From assembly GCA_964016885.1 (NCBI GenBank), contig OZ024741.1, forward strand, positions 113,770,001 to 113,834,000: a DNA stretch of 64,000 nucleotides. Reading direction: 5' to 3'. Numbering within the stretch: position 1 is the stretch's first letter; each line of letters opens with the position of its first letter. Source of the DNA: Eledone cirrhosa (lineage: Eukaryota). Shown in pieces: positions 40,830 to 53,115 of this stretch. The translations under genes were made by a program, and so were the position numbers. The notes under the pieces are model-generated. The model searched no databases and had not been told where the DNA came from. It saw only the letters and a program-made list of their open reading frames with translations.

Positions 40830-41200
40830 TCTTATGTCTATTGTATGCTGTCACTGTATTACCAAACACAGCTCTGTGTGCCTTGTGTATGTGCAGTGTG
40901 ATGTTGTTTCTATTGTATTGAGAGTACTTTTCATAATGTGTGTGCAAATGTCTTGTAGTACTGTTTTTTGTGTGCTGTATACATTTGTAACTCCTGGGGT
41001 TTTGATTCTGTATCTGTTTTTGTTTTTGTTATCATTCCCAGTCCATGTTCAGATTATTTCTATCTCTAGATCTTTATAGTTGGATAATTTCTCCATTTAC
41101 TTCATAGATATATTGTCATCTGTGGGGATTCATATATCAACTAGAAGACATTCTTTTCTTTGTGATCTTTGAATATAATATCCGGCTTTGACTATAATAT
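40830..41200 (-). mobile_element. R4/Dong LINE 3'-end remnant
   Basis: Degraded QKTVL....AH...KVLS terminus followed by an (AAT)n tail. Confidence 0.5.
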
Positions 41201-41289
41201 ACATTTATTAATATTATTTCTTCACTCAATTTCTAATGCTGGGGATGTGATACAGTGTTAGCTTTTCACTACCAGTGAACTGAGGTGTC

Positions 41290-43195
41290 ACCCCTTATTT
41301 TTAGAGTACCCTCCAGAATATTGAAGCTGTTCCAAACAATGCTGTTTTTTTGTAAATGTTCCATCCTTATTTCAAAACCCTATTTGTTTAATGAACTTCT
41401 CAAGATCTTTACTCACTGTTCATAAGACTCCAGCTATTATTAGTATTACCACCACATTCTTAGTGATCCCAACTGTTTAACCTCCCAAACTAACATGTCA
41501 TATCTATCAATTTGTTCCTTCTTTATCACATACCTTGTTATCAGCTGGACAGGCTATATCTATGATCCAACACTATTTGCTTTCTTCCTCAATTAATACA
41601 ATATCTGGTCTCCTATGCTCAGTCTCATTGTCACACTGTATCACAGTCCCAGGATCTTTGCTTTATGATTTTCGATAATGCCCTCAGGGTTATGTTCGTA
41701 CCACTTTTCTGCTCTGTCAAGTGCATATCTGCCACAAAGTACCCAATGGAATATCCTTGCTATGTTGTTGGGATGTCTCTTATATTCTTGCTGAGCTAGT
41801 GGTGTGCATTGACTGGTAATATGCCATACAGTTTTTCTATTCACGCCACAAATTCTACATTTATCCCTTTCTGCTGTGTAGTCTACTCTATGTTTGATGT
41901 AGTTAGTTCTTAATGCTTGTTCTTGAGCAGCACAGATTAAGGCTTCTGTTTCTGGTTTTAGATCACTTTTAGCCATCCATAACCACCTTTCTTCTCTGTC
42001 TGTCCTATCTTCAATATCTTGATGGAATTGTCCATACATTCTGTTTTCTGTCCATCTACTTTCAGCTTCATCCATCTTCAAATGCTTGTACTGTGTTTTT
42101 TCTTTACAATCTTCTATTTTGCACAGCCCTAACCTTCTTACTTCCAGCAACAGGAGTTTTCTGGAACATTTTATGTACCACACCATCTTATCTTCTGTTC
42201 TAATGCTGTCTTTGCACCCCATCAGTCCTCTTTCTCCTCTTTTTCTTGGTACATATAATCTGACTGTGTTGCTTTTTGGGTGAAATACTCCATATCTAGT
42301 CAATATCAATATCTTTCTTGTCTTTCGGTCTAAACTGTTTAGTTCTAATACTGCCCATGCCCCCCCCCCCCCCTACACACACACACACATATCTATATCT
42401 AAGGAGTGACACCATCCATGTATTGATAGCTTCCATCTTATTCTGTCAATTCAATTTTGACTTGAGAATAAGTCTCAGTCTGTGAATGTATTCCACCTTA
42501 AATTTTTCTTTCATTTCCTCCTGCATTATCTTATCAACTTCCAATATCCCTAAGTACTTATAACCTTCTTCTTCTATTTGCTTCATAACCTTCTCTGATG
42601 GCAGCACCAACCCCTCAATGCTTTTTATTTTGCCCCTGTTCAAGATTAACACACCACACATTTTTGATCCAGTAGCCTTGAGTTCCATCTAGTCCCAGAG
42701 ACTTCCAATTGCTCATGTTTTTTCTGGTTTCCTTCATGTCCCTAGCTGATATGATTAGTTCTACCTGCTGTGGGCACACTGTTGTTTGTTTAAGTTCTTC
42801 AAACCATTCAGCGTCCTTTTTTTGTGCTCCTTCTCTTTACTCTACAATGTTGCTCTGAAACCTTTGACATTCAATATTATCTGGTATAATCACTTCATCT
42901 ATACACTCTCCATTTATTTCTTGGTAAAATCTCTTTTGTTCTACTCTGAATAGAATAGTCTATTCTGCTGATATTGCTTTATACTTTGTTCATATCTAGT
43001 TATCTTTGCTTCTTTTTGCTATCAGATGTTGCTTGAGTTCCCCCATTACTTCTTTTTGGCCCTTTCTTTCAATGCCATACTTTTTTCCAGTGCTGTGCAT
43101 TTTTTCATTTCTAAGCTCCCCCTCTTTTTGAACTAAGATAAAAATGCCCTTTAAGAGATTATCTATTGTGGCCTGTATTCTCCTTTTCCACCTAT
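41290..43195 (-). mobile_element. R4/Dong-clade LINE remnant (RT end, CCHC, restriction-like endonuclease)
   Basis: YKYLGILE, RLYVPRKRG.RGL, LKPETEALICAAQEQALRTN, CRICG...TVWHITSQC, RRPDIV, IIDIACP. Confidence 0.88.
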
Positions 43196-43779
43196 TATTA
43201 TTATTAATACAAATCATCTAATAAAACTTAAGTTTGTTTGTAACAATTTTACTTTACAATAACAGTCAGATTTCCAAATGACAGGAAACAATAAACTGAA
43301 TATTTACATTCTGACATAAGTTATTACATACTAAGATTTCTTGGGAGGAAGGCCAGAATCCTAGGATAAATAAAAATTTCCATATGAGAAACATTAGTCA
43401 GGTGTATTTTTTTCCTTGACTGTTTAGTTAGCTTTTCCACCATGGTTACCTGTCTATGCCGGTGAGTGATTGTGTGTGTGTGTGCGTGCATTTCTTTGTT
43501 TCAGATTTAAATCATAGGCCTAAATATCCCAGTGACATGTACACGACTATGATATAAAAGATTATTGGTTCTAGTACTGTTATGTATTTGGATCATGTTT
43601 CTTAGACAAAATTAACTTTTCTCACTACTATCTGCAATCTCTGACTTGAATCTCCCTCCTATATAATAATAGTAATTTCTTGCTCAGTGACTCTTCCTTA
43701 TTTCTTCAGCTTTCCTAATCCCTTTATGTTTTACGTCTCATACCTCTAAGGCTTCTTCTAAGGCATGTAATCTATATTC

Positions 43780-44202
43780 ATTATCTATGATATCATCAAG
43801 GGCGGTGAATTGGCAGTTTCGGTAGAGGGTCGGACATGCTTTCCAGCATAGTTACGTCCCTTTACGATCTGAGTTCAAATCCCGCCGAAGTTGACTTTGC
43901 CTTTCATCCTTACGAGGTCGATAAAATAAAGTACCAGTAATGAACTGGGTAATTGCTGGCCTTGTGCCTAAAGTAGAAACAATTATCTATGATATCATCA
44001 AGGGCGGTGAATTGGCAGTTTCGGTAGAGGGTCGGACATGCTTTCCAGCATAGTTACGTCCCTTTACGATCTGAGTTCAAATCCCGCCGAGGTTAACTTT
44101 GCCTTTCATCCATACAGAGGTCGATAAAATAAAGTACCAGTAATGTACTCTGTAATTGCTGGCCTTGTGCCAAAAGTAGAAACAATTATCTATGATATCA
44201 TC
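43780..44202 (+). mobile_element. Head-to-tail SINE family 1 dimer with a triplicated 18-bp TSD
   Basis: attatctatgatatcatc at 43780, 43982 and 44185. Confidence 0.92.
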
Positions 44203-44285
44203 TTTCTCTTTCATCTTTGTCATTCTTGCCTCAACTCCTACTTGTGCCAGTGTGGAACACAGACATAAAATGGCAAAAATGTGAT

Positions 44286-44352
<67 letters not shown>

Positions 44353-45299
44353 TAATAAAAACAATGAAATAAAAACAAAGATCAAGTTCCTTATATTAAA
44401 AATTCATCATTTTACGATCGTTTCTGTGATGTATATGTGTGTTGGTATGTATATCATATAGATCTATGTAAAAGTATTACAAAATATCAGAGGAAATATA
44501 CATACCTTCACATATACATGCCGTCCTATATATATATAATAGGTATAAATCAAAATTTTACCTGTTGCACAGCAAGTACTATTCAATTTGTTTGAGCCAA
44601 TTACAAAGCATTCAATGGCGTGAAAGTTAAAAACATTATATCCAGAGTAAACACAACAGTTATAAAATGTGACACCAAGAAAACCAACCGAAGGCACTAA
44701 CCATACATATAACACTACGACAATAGAAACAGAAAGGTTTAAACTAAGTGCCAGGAGTTTCCAAGGAATAGATCAGTGGGGGTTTGTGCCCTCGGGGTAC
44801 CCTTTGATTAAAATGAAATATACTTATTCAAGTACCCTGGGCAATGTAGTTTCAGAATATATATGGTTATGGGGTCTATCTCCAAAACCATAAGAGTTTA
44901 TGAACAAACAAACAAACAAACAAACACACAGACAGGAACTACAACTTTTTATATATAGATATATATCATCATCATCATCCCTGTTTTACGCCCATTCTTC
45001 CATGCTAGCATGGGTTAGGTGGGTGGGTTGTCCTGTTGTGGGCAATGGCAGATCAGATAACCATGTCTTGGTCATACAGAACTGATTTTGGCTTGATTTC
45101 TACAGCTGGGTACCCTTCCTAACACCAACATCATTTACAGTGGGTATTGGGTGCTTTTGTTGTGATACCTACATGACCACTTTTATATATATCTTAATAC
45201 GTGGACCAATCATAAGCCAGAGCCCCCCCCCCCCCCCACGCATCACCATCATTATTATAAGCCAGAGCCCCCCACCCCCACGCATCACCATTATTATTA

Positions 45300-48200
45300 T
45301 TACGCGGACCAAATCATAAGCCAGAGGCCTATACTATCGCTTGCCCGGTTGCCTTCGATATATGATGGATGGATGGATGGACGGACGGACTGCGGAATCC
45401 TGGAGAGTGGAAGGGAGAGAAAAATCTGGACGCTCAGAGCGAAAATGCCAAAGTTAAAGTCAAATTCACCTCGTGGACGAGAATGCGAGCACTCCTCTTT
45501 GTTTCGTCCGCGGATGGCTAACATAACCCTATCTCCTCCCGCCCCCCCACCACCCCCACCCTCCAAACGCAACCCAAAACTTCAGAGTTGGTACCATAAA
45601 TGTAGGCACCCTAAAGGGTCGCGCTAACGAGGTTGTAGAAATGCTTGAACGTAAGGAGGTCGATGTTTGTTGTATTCAAGAGACCAGGTGGAGGGGTGGG
45701 TCTGCTAGATTCATTGAGGGTAAAAAACGATGTTATAAGCTTTTCTGGGTGGGAAACGACGATGGGCTGGGTGGAGTAGGAATCATGGTAGCAGAAAAGT
45801 GGGCAGATAAGATAATAGACGTAAATAGAGTGAACGACAGAATAATTAAAATAAGACTTGTCCTCAATAGAACTACGGTGACAGTAATATCTGCGTACGC
45901 ACCCCAATCCGGACTGCCCGGCACTATAAAAGACAGATTCTATGAGACACTGTTGCTAACTACCTCCCAAATATCTGACAGTGACTATATAATTATTGCA
46001 GGCGACCTAAATGGTCACGTTGGACAACATTGTGACGGCTACGACGAAATCCATGGAGGCTATGGGTTTGGTACTAGAAATGAGGAAGGCTCCAGAATCC
46101 TGGAATACTGTGATGCAAATAACCTAACTATCTGTAACACTAACTTCAAAAAACGTGACAATCACCTGATCACCTATAGATCCGGGGAACACACAAGCCA
46201 GGTAGATTATATCCTTACCAGAAGACGTGACAGAGTGTCTGTTGTAAACACTAAATCCCTCCCCCATGAAGAATGCACCTCTCAACATAGACTGATAATT
46301 AGCGACCTCATAGTCAGGACGAGACGTACTCGACAGCAGAAGAGGACTATCCCCAGGAGGAAAATATGGAAACTAAAGGACCCCACAGCCAGAAATAAAT
46401 TTCAAAGCATATTACTTGATGCTTTCGACAGTAAGGAAGAGCATCTAGAATCGGACAATATAGAGGGACAGTGGAAATTTCTGAAAGCAAACCTGCTGTT
46501 GGCGACAGACGAAGTCTGTGGCTGGAGCAGGCCTGTAGGCAGGAGGAGAGTAACATGGTGGTGGAACAGTAGGGTGGAGGGGTCAATTAAGGCCAAAAAG
46601 CAGGCTTGGAAAGTATGGCGGGATGGGGGAAGTAGAGTAGACTATCAAGTGGCCAGGAGGGAAGCTAGGAGAGAAGTGTACTTAGCAAGAAGGGAAGCTG
46701 AGGAAAGAAAGTTCAAGCATGTTCTACAACGCGATGACCAAAAACGTGAGGTGTTCAGGATTGCCAGGCAATGCGTCAAGGAAAACCGTGATATTGTCGG
46801 GGAGAAGTGTGTACTTAACGATGACGGCATACTTGCCATCACCGACACTGATAAGAAGGTAGCTTGGAAGTGTCACTATGAAAGGCTACTAAATGAGGAG
46901 AATAAATGGGAGAAAGACGGTCTCCCCCATATCGACCCGATAGAGGGACCAGCAGTGTTAGTCGAGGGGAGTATAATAAGTAAGGCAATCAAGGATATGA
47001 AGACTGGTAAGGCGGCTGGGCCTTCGGAAATAGTTGCTGAGATGCTGAAGGCATCTGGCACGGTGGGACACACCATGGTCACCTGCATAGTTAACCAAGT
47101 CGTACAGAATGGGGTTGTTCCGAAGGACTGGCATAGCAGCATCATCGTTAACTGTTATAAGGGTAAAGGAGACGCCCTAGATAGGAGTAACTATAGAGGC
47201 ATTAAATTAATCGACCAGGTCATGAAGGTCACGGAAAAAGTAATAGCGCAACTAATCAGAGAGAGAATTGATCTAGATGAAATGCAGTTCGGGTTTGTGT
47301 CAGGCAAAAGCACCACAGACGCTCTTTTCATAGTACGACAACTACAGGAGAAGTACCTAGCTAAAGGTAAACCCCTCTACTTAGCTTTTGTCGACCTGGA
47401 GAAAGCCTTCGACAGAGTCCCCCGCTCCATTATCTGGTGGGCTCTTAGAAAACTAGGCGTTGACGAATGGCTTGTGAGGGCTATACAAGCCATGTATAAA
47501 GAAACAGTCAGCAAGGTTAGAATTAACAACGAATATAGTGAAGAGTTTAGCGTAAAAGTTGGCGTCCATCAGGGCTCTGTTCTCAGCCCCCTACTATTTA
47601 TTATTGCCCTTCAGGCTATAACAGAGGAGTTCAAGACAGGCTGCCCATGGGAACTCCTATACGCAGACGACCTGACACTCAAAGCGGAATCAATGGCCGA
47701 GCTAGAGAAGAAATTCCAAACATGGAAGCACGGCCTAGAGTCAAAAGGACTTAAAATTAACCTGGCTAAGACCAAAGTTCTAGTTTGTAGGAAAGAAAAC
47801 AAGGCGGCGGTCCCTTCTGGAAAATGGTCGTGCTCGGTATGTAGGAAAGGCGTAGGTAGAAACTCCATCTTATGTCCTAAATGCAAAGTATGGGGGCATA
47901 AAAGATGTAGTGGGATCACAGGTAAGCTAACTAAGAACATAGACTTTACATGTGGCCGGTGTTCTGGTGCAATAAGTAGCAGCAAGTGCCCACAAAATAC
48001 TAGCTCTTTCAATTGCGCAGAGGGTTCTATAGAAATAGTGGACAGCTTCCGTTACCTGGGCGATAAAATCAGCAGTGGGGGAGGGTGCTCTGAAAGTGCT
48101 GTAGCTAGAGTCAGAACTGGTTGGAAAAAGTTCAGAGAGTTTATACCACTATTAGCTGCTAAAGGGTTCTCCCTAAAAATGAAAGGCAGGTTGTACGATG

Positions 48201-48987
48201 CCTGCATACGAACAGCAATGTTGCATGGTAGTGAGACCTGGGCATTGTGTGCAGAGGATATACGCAGACTAGAGAGGAATGAAGCTTGCATGCTCCGCTG
48301 GATGTGTAACAGTAATATACGTGAACGGCAAAGCATAAACGAACTAAGGAAAAAAAAATTAGAGATAAGAGGGATCAGATGTTGTTTACTCGAGAGAAGG
48401 CTGCGTTGGTATGGACACGTGATGCGCATGAAAGTCGATAGCTGTATTACAAAGTGCAGGGCAATAAAAATAGACGGTAGCCACGGAATAGGCAGACCTA
48501 GAAAAACATGGGATGAGCTGATAAACTCCGACCTCACACACTTACACCTCTCCAAGACAATGTCACTGGACCGTGACCTTTGGCGGTACTCAGTAACAGA
48601 GAAGACCCGCCTTGCCAGTAGGCATCTCTAACAAAATACACCCCGTCCCGCCACCACCCCCACCCCATCCACACCACCCCGTTCTATGTAAAGTTATGTT
48701 GGTGCCGCGCCATCCAGGCCGAAACAAATGAGATCGTGTAGGTGTCACGACAAAAAAACACACAGTCCACGCTGTAATGTGGCCGTGTAGGCAACACGGT
48801 AAAAACCTCCCAGACCCACACTGTAAATGTGGTTGGTGTTAGGAAGGGCATCCAACTGTAGAAAACCTGCCAGACAGTCCTATGCGAGCAAGACAATCAT
48901 TCTTGCCTCAAGTGGGACTACCCCCGTCCAAACCCATGCAAGCGTGGAACACGGACGTTAAACGTTGATGATGATGATGATGATGAT
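45300..48987 (+). mobile_element. Full-length RTE-clade LINE
   Basis: 5' UTR, single APE-RT ORF, 3' UTR and (GAT)n tail. Confidence 0.95.
45527..48631 (+). CDS. RTE ORF: APE endonuclease plus RT with an inserted PHD-type finger (frame open from 45527; first in-frame ATG 45641)
   Basis: RVGTINVGTL, CIQETRW, AGDLNGH, VDYIL, SQHRL; FVDLEKAFD, GVHQGSVLSP, YADD, FRYLG; no internal stops. Confidence 0.95.
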   Translation, partial: PYLLPPPHHPHPPNATQNFRVGTINVGTLKGRANEVVEMLERKEVDVCCIQETRWRGGSARFIEGKKRCYKLFWVGNDDGLGGVGIMVAEKWADKIIDVNRVNDRIIKIRLVLNRTTVTVISAYAPQSGLPGTIKDRFYETLLLTTSQISDSDYIIIAGDLNGHVGQHCDGYDEIHGGYGFGTRNEEGSRILEYCDANNLTICNTNFKKRDNHLITYRSGEHTSQVDYILTRRRDRVSVVNTKSLPHEECTSQHRLIISDLIVRTRRTRQQKRTIPRRKIWKLKDPTARNKFQSILLDAFDSKEEHLESDNIEGQWKFLKANLLLATDEVCGWSRPVGRRRVTWWWNSRVEGSIKAKKQAWKVWRDGGSRVDYQVARREARREVYLARREAEERKFKHVLQRDDQKREVFRIARQCVKENRDIVGEKCVLNDDGILAITDTDKKVAWKCHYERLLNEENKWEKDGLPHIDPIEGPAVLVEGSIISKAIKDMKTGKAAGPSEIVAEMLKASGTVGHTMVTCIVNQVVQNGVVPKDWHSSIIVNCYKGKGDALDRSNYRGIKLIDQVMKVTEKVIAQLIRERIDLDEMQFGFVSGKSTTDALFIVRQLQEKYLAKGKPLYLAFVDLEKAFDRVPRSIIWWALRKLGVDEWLVRAIQAMYKETVSKVRINNEYSEEFSVKVGVHQGSVLSPLLFIIALQAITEEFKTGCPWELLYADDLTLKAESMAELEKKFQTWKHGLESKGLKINLAKTKVLVCRKENKAAVPSGKWSCSVCRKGVGRNSILCPKCKVWGHKRCSGITGKLTKNIDFTCGRCSGAISSSKCPQNTSSFNCAEGSIEIVDSFRYLGDKISSGGGCSESAVARVRTGWKKFREFIPLLAAKGFSLKMKGRLYDACIRTAMLHGSETWALCAEDIRRLERNEACMLRWMCNSNIRERQSINELRKKKLEIRGIRCCLLERRLRWYGHVMRMKVDSCITKCRAIKIDGSHGIGRPRKTWDELINSDLTHLHLSKTMSLDRDLWRYSVTEKTRLASRHL

Positions 48988-49036
48988 TATACATTATATA
49001 TATATATTATATATATATATATATTATATAAATATA

Positions 49037-49312
49037 TCATCATCATTTTACGTCCGATTTTCCCTGCTTGCAAGGGTGAGACGGGAACTGATTCTGGCTT
49101 GATTTCTACAGCTGGATGCCCTTCTTAACACCAACCTCATTTACAGTGAGTGCTGGGTGCTTTTTTTTTGCCGTGGCACCTCCACGACCACTTCACAGTG
49201 AAATGATATGGACCCAGTCCCTATCATCTCATTCCTACAGCTGAGTAAACTGGAGCAATGTGAAATAAAGTGTCTTGCTCAAGGAAACAACACATTGCCC
49301 GGTCTGAGAATT
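49037..49312 (-). mobile_element. SINE family 2 (RTE-tailed), 5'-truncated; partial copy also at ~44965-45180
   Basis: Reverse complement of 54535-54816. Confidence 0.85.
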
Positions 49313-49346
49313 ATAAATATATATATATATATATTATTATAAATAT

Positions 49347-49378
<32 letters not shown>

Positions 49379-49645
49379 TATTATTATTATTATTATTAAT
49401 ATAAAAAATAATAATCATGTATGATTATACATGATTGTTTTTACTGAAAATTTTTAAAGAATGGCCTCAAGTTTGATATAGCTTAGGATCTCAGCAGTTG
49501 AAGGTCCATCCCTGTCCCTAAGAGAACTACATTAAGAGTACATGCCTTTCTGGAATGTTCTACTAATCGCATGTTAATTTTATACGTTGGTTGTTTCATT
49601 GAACAAGAATGCTTATTGTTATAACTGTTAGATGCCCAACATACA

Positions 49646-49734
49646 TACAGAGTGCCCCCCCCCCCTCCAAAAAAAATGTATACACACTTAGAATGCTGTT
49701 GAAATGTGTATACATCCTACTGGGACACCCTGTG
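49646..49734. mobile_element. Tiny Tc1/mariner-like MITE; half copy at ~17581-17610
   Basis: tacagagtgccc..tgtatacac / gtgtataca..gggacaccctg terminal inverted repeats. Confidence 0.55.
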
Positions 49735-49824
49735 TATACTTACATATACATAAAGATAGATGCATATGCACACTTACATATACACAAATGTATATATATA
49801 CACACACACACACACACACATATA

Positions 49825-51402
49825 TCATCATCATCAGCATCATCATCATTGTTTAACGTCCATCTTCCACGCTTGCATGGGTTTGGATGGGAGTTTTCCC
49901 ACTTGAGGCAAGAGTGGTTGTCTTGTTCACATAGGACTGTCTGGCGGATTTTCTACGGCTGGATGCCCTTCCTAACACCAACCACGTTTTCAGTGTGGAT
50001 GGGGTGGGGGTAGTGAGATGGGGGTGTATTTTTGTGGTGCCTACTGACTGTAGTAGGTTTCACTTTGTACTTAGGTAAGGCGGGTCTTCTCTATTACTGT
50101 GTAGCGCCAAAGATCTCGGTCCAGTGACATTGTCTTGGAGAGGTGTAAGTGTGTGAGGTCGGAATTTATCAGGTCGTCCCAGGTTTTTCTGGGTCTGCCT
50201 ACTCCGTGGCTACCGTCTATTTTTATTGCCCTGCACTTTTTTATACAGCTGTTGTCTTTCATGCGCATCATGTGACCGTACCAACGTAGTCTTCTCTCGA
50301 ATAAACAACATCTGATCCCTCTTATTTCTAATTTCTCCCTTAGTTCATTTATGCTTTGCCGTTCATGTATATTACTATTACACATCCAGTGGAGCATGCA
50401 AGCTTCGTTCCTCTCCAGTCTGCGTATATCCTCTGCACACAATGCCCATGTCTCACTGCCATGTAACATTGCTGTTCGTATGCAGGCATCATACAGCCTG
50501 CCTTTCAATTTTAGAGAGAACCCTTTAGCGACTAATAGTGGTACAAGCTCTCGGAACTTTTTCCATCCAGCTCTGACTCTAGCAACTGTACTTTCAGAGC
50601 ACCCTCCACCACCGCTTGATTTTGTCACCCAAGTAACGGAAGGTGTCCACTATTTCTATAGAACCATCTGTGCAATGGAATGAGCTAGTATTCAGTGGGC
50701 ACTTGCTGCTACTTATTGCACCAGAGCATCGGCCACATATAAAATCTATATTCTTAGTTAGCTTACCTGTGATCCCACTACATCTTTTATGCACCCATAC
50801 TTTGCATTTGGGACATAAAATGGAGTTGCTGCCTACTCCTTTCCTACACACTGAGCATGGCCATTTCCCGGATGGGACCGGTGTCCTACTTTCCTTCCTA
50901 CAGACTAGAACTTTAGTCTTAGACAGGTTAACTTTAAGGCCTTTTGATTCTAGGCCATGCTTCCATGTTTGCAATTTCTTCTCTAGTTCAGCCATTGGTT
51001 CAGCTATGAGCGTTAGATCATCTGCATATAGAAGTTCCCATGGACAGCCAGTCTTGAACTCCTCTGTTATGGCCTGAAGGGCAATAATAAATAGTAGTGG
51101 GCTAAGAACGGAGCCCTGATGGACACCAACTTTTACGCTAAACTCTTCACTATATTCGTTGTTAATTCTAACCTTGCTGACTGTTTCTTTATACATGGCT
51201 TGTATAGCTCTCACAAGCCATTCATCAACACCTAGTTTTCTAAGAGCCCACCAGATAATGGAACGGGGGACTCTGTCAAAGGCTTTCTCCAAGTCGACAA
51301 AAGCTAAGTATAGGGGTTTACTTTTAGCTAGGTACTTCTCCTGTAGTTGTCGTACAATGAAAAGAGCGTCTGTGGTACTTTTACCTGACACAAACCCGAA
51401 CT
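49825..51402 (-). mobile_element. 5'-truncated RTE LINE of the same PHD-bearing family; extra 3'-end fragment at 51441-51545
   Basis: ORFs 50594-51454 and 50071-50628 (one frameshift); (GAT)n tail. Confidence 0.93.
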
Positions 51403-51409
51403 GTGTGTG

Positions 51410-51441
<32 letters not shown>

Positions 51442-51560
51442 TCATCATCATCATCAGGTTTAGCGTCCGTGTTCCACGCTTGCATGGGTTTGGACGGGGG
51501 TTTTCCCACTTGAGGCAAGAGTGGTTGTCTTACTCGCATAGGACTATATATACACACACA

Positions 51561-51622
<62 letters not shown>

Positions 51623-51697
51623 CACAGACACATTCTAAAAACAACTTTTCCAATTCTGCCCTGCCCGTCCCTTCAATCTTTCTAATTTCTCATTCTT

Positions 51698-51733
51698 TCT
51701 TCTAATGATACACTAGTGTCCGAAACGTTAAGA
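51698..51733 (+). ncRNA. Degenerate minimal hammerhead (core CTAATGA) in a ~200-bp element
   Basis: tctt-CTAATGA-tacactagtgtcc-GAAAC-GTT-aaga; downstream flank homologous to the element at 56160-56302. Confidence 0.6.
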
Positions 51734-51837
51734 CCCTCTTCCTGCTATTTCAAGCATTAAACTAATATATTCCTTCCATATACTGTACCGATTGTGTTGT
51801 TATTTTTATCTTTTACATATATATATATATATATATA

Positions 51838-52400
51838 TCATCATCATCATCATCATTTTTACGTCCGCTTTTTCCTGCTTGCAAGTGTAGGACGGGTTCT
51901 ATTCAGCACAGCATCTCTCCACTTGTCACGGTCCTTCGCAATCTCCAACGTGAGCTTCAGCTATCTGAGGTCTGCTCTCACCACCTCCACCCATGTTTTT
52001 TGTGGTCTTCCTCTACTATGTCTTCCTTCAACTGGCATTTCTTGGCATTTCTTTACCCAGCAGTCAACCTCCATGTGCATCACATGTCCATACCATCGCT
52101 TTCTCCTCTCCCACACACTACAATTTATCCTTCTCAGACACAGTTTCTCTCTCAACACATCCATGCTCGGTCATTCATGCACATTGACATTGCACATCCA
52201 ACAGAGCATGCTTGCCTCATTTCTCTCCAGCTGTCGCATATCCTCTGCAGTTGCTGCCCATGTCTCACTACCATGCAGCATCGCGCATCTCATACAGGCA
52301 TCATATAACCGGCCTTTCGTATGCAGGGAGAAACCCTTCTTTGTCAGCAGAGGAAGCAGCTCCCTAAACTTCTTCCAACCCATCCTTATTCTAGATACTA
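51838..52400 (-). mobile_element. Older RTE LINE 3' fragment; similar remnants at ~3895-4090, ~22400-22660 and ~60055-60420
   Basis: GWKKFRELLPLL...MLHGSETW...LERNEASML, RWYGHVM, GRPQKTW; (GAT)n tail. Confidence 0.85.
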
Positions 52401-52470
52401 TATATATATAATGGTATAAAGTGACAAGAGGCCGGAAAGTTGAAATTCCTTTAAAGTATTTATTTCTGCA

Positions 52471-52524
52471 CACATTATATATATTCCAAAGGCCAAGAAA
52501 ATTCCACTGACATCATCAGATGCA
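52471..52524 (-). ncRNA. Possible degenerate hammerhead (GAAA changed to GGAA)
   Basis: tgcat-CTGATGA-tgtcag..ttggccttt-GGAA-t-atat-ATA-atgtg. Confidence 0.4.
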
Positions 52525-53055
52525 TTGTATAACCGTCATACATATGTATATACATATACATGATATCTATATGTATGTATGTACATCAAATTTTCAATGT
52601 AATACACCAATGTATGTGTATACATATATACACTATATCTATGACAGTGTATGTGTGTGATTGTACATGCATGTGTGTGTGTGTGTATGCCTGTGTGTGT
52701 GATGATTGGATGAGATATCATAGACTTAATGTCTCTTCTATTCTACCAATGCACTAAAACAGTACCAGAAAGTTTCCAAACTCCATCAAGATAATTTCTC
52801 AATGTACTTAGTTTGCACAGCTATCATGGAGGTGTTCTTCAAACACAGAGAACAGCCAGTATTCACTGACTGGAATGGTGTAAGGTTCTTCTAATGAATA
52901 AATAAATAATATTCTATTCCCCCCCCCCCCACACTCTATCACATTCTCTTTCCCTTTCTATGTATATATTGCGTTCTATCTCTTTTTATGTATCAATCTT
53001 ATTTTATCACACTTTCTCTGTCTCGTTCTATGTATTTATCTCATTCTCTCTCTTC

Positions 53056-53115
<60 letters not shown>

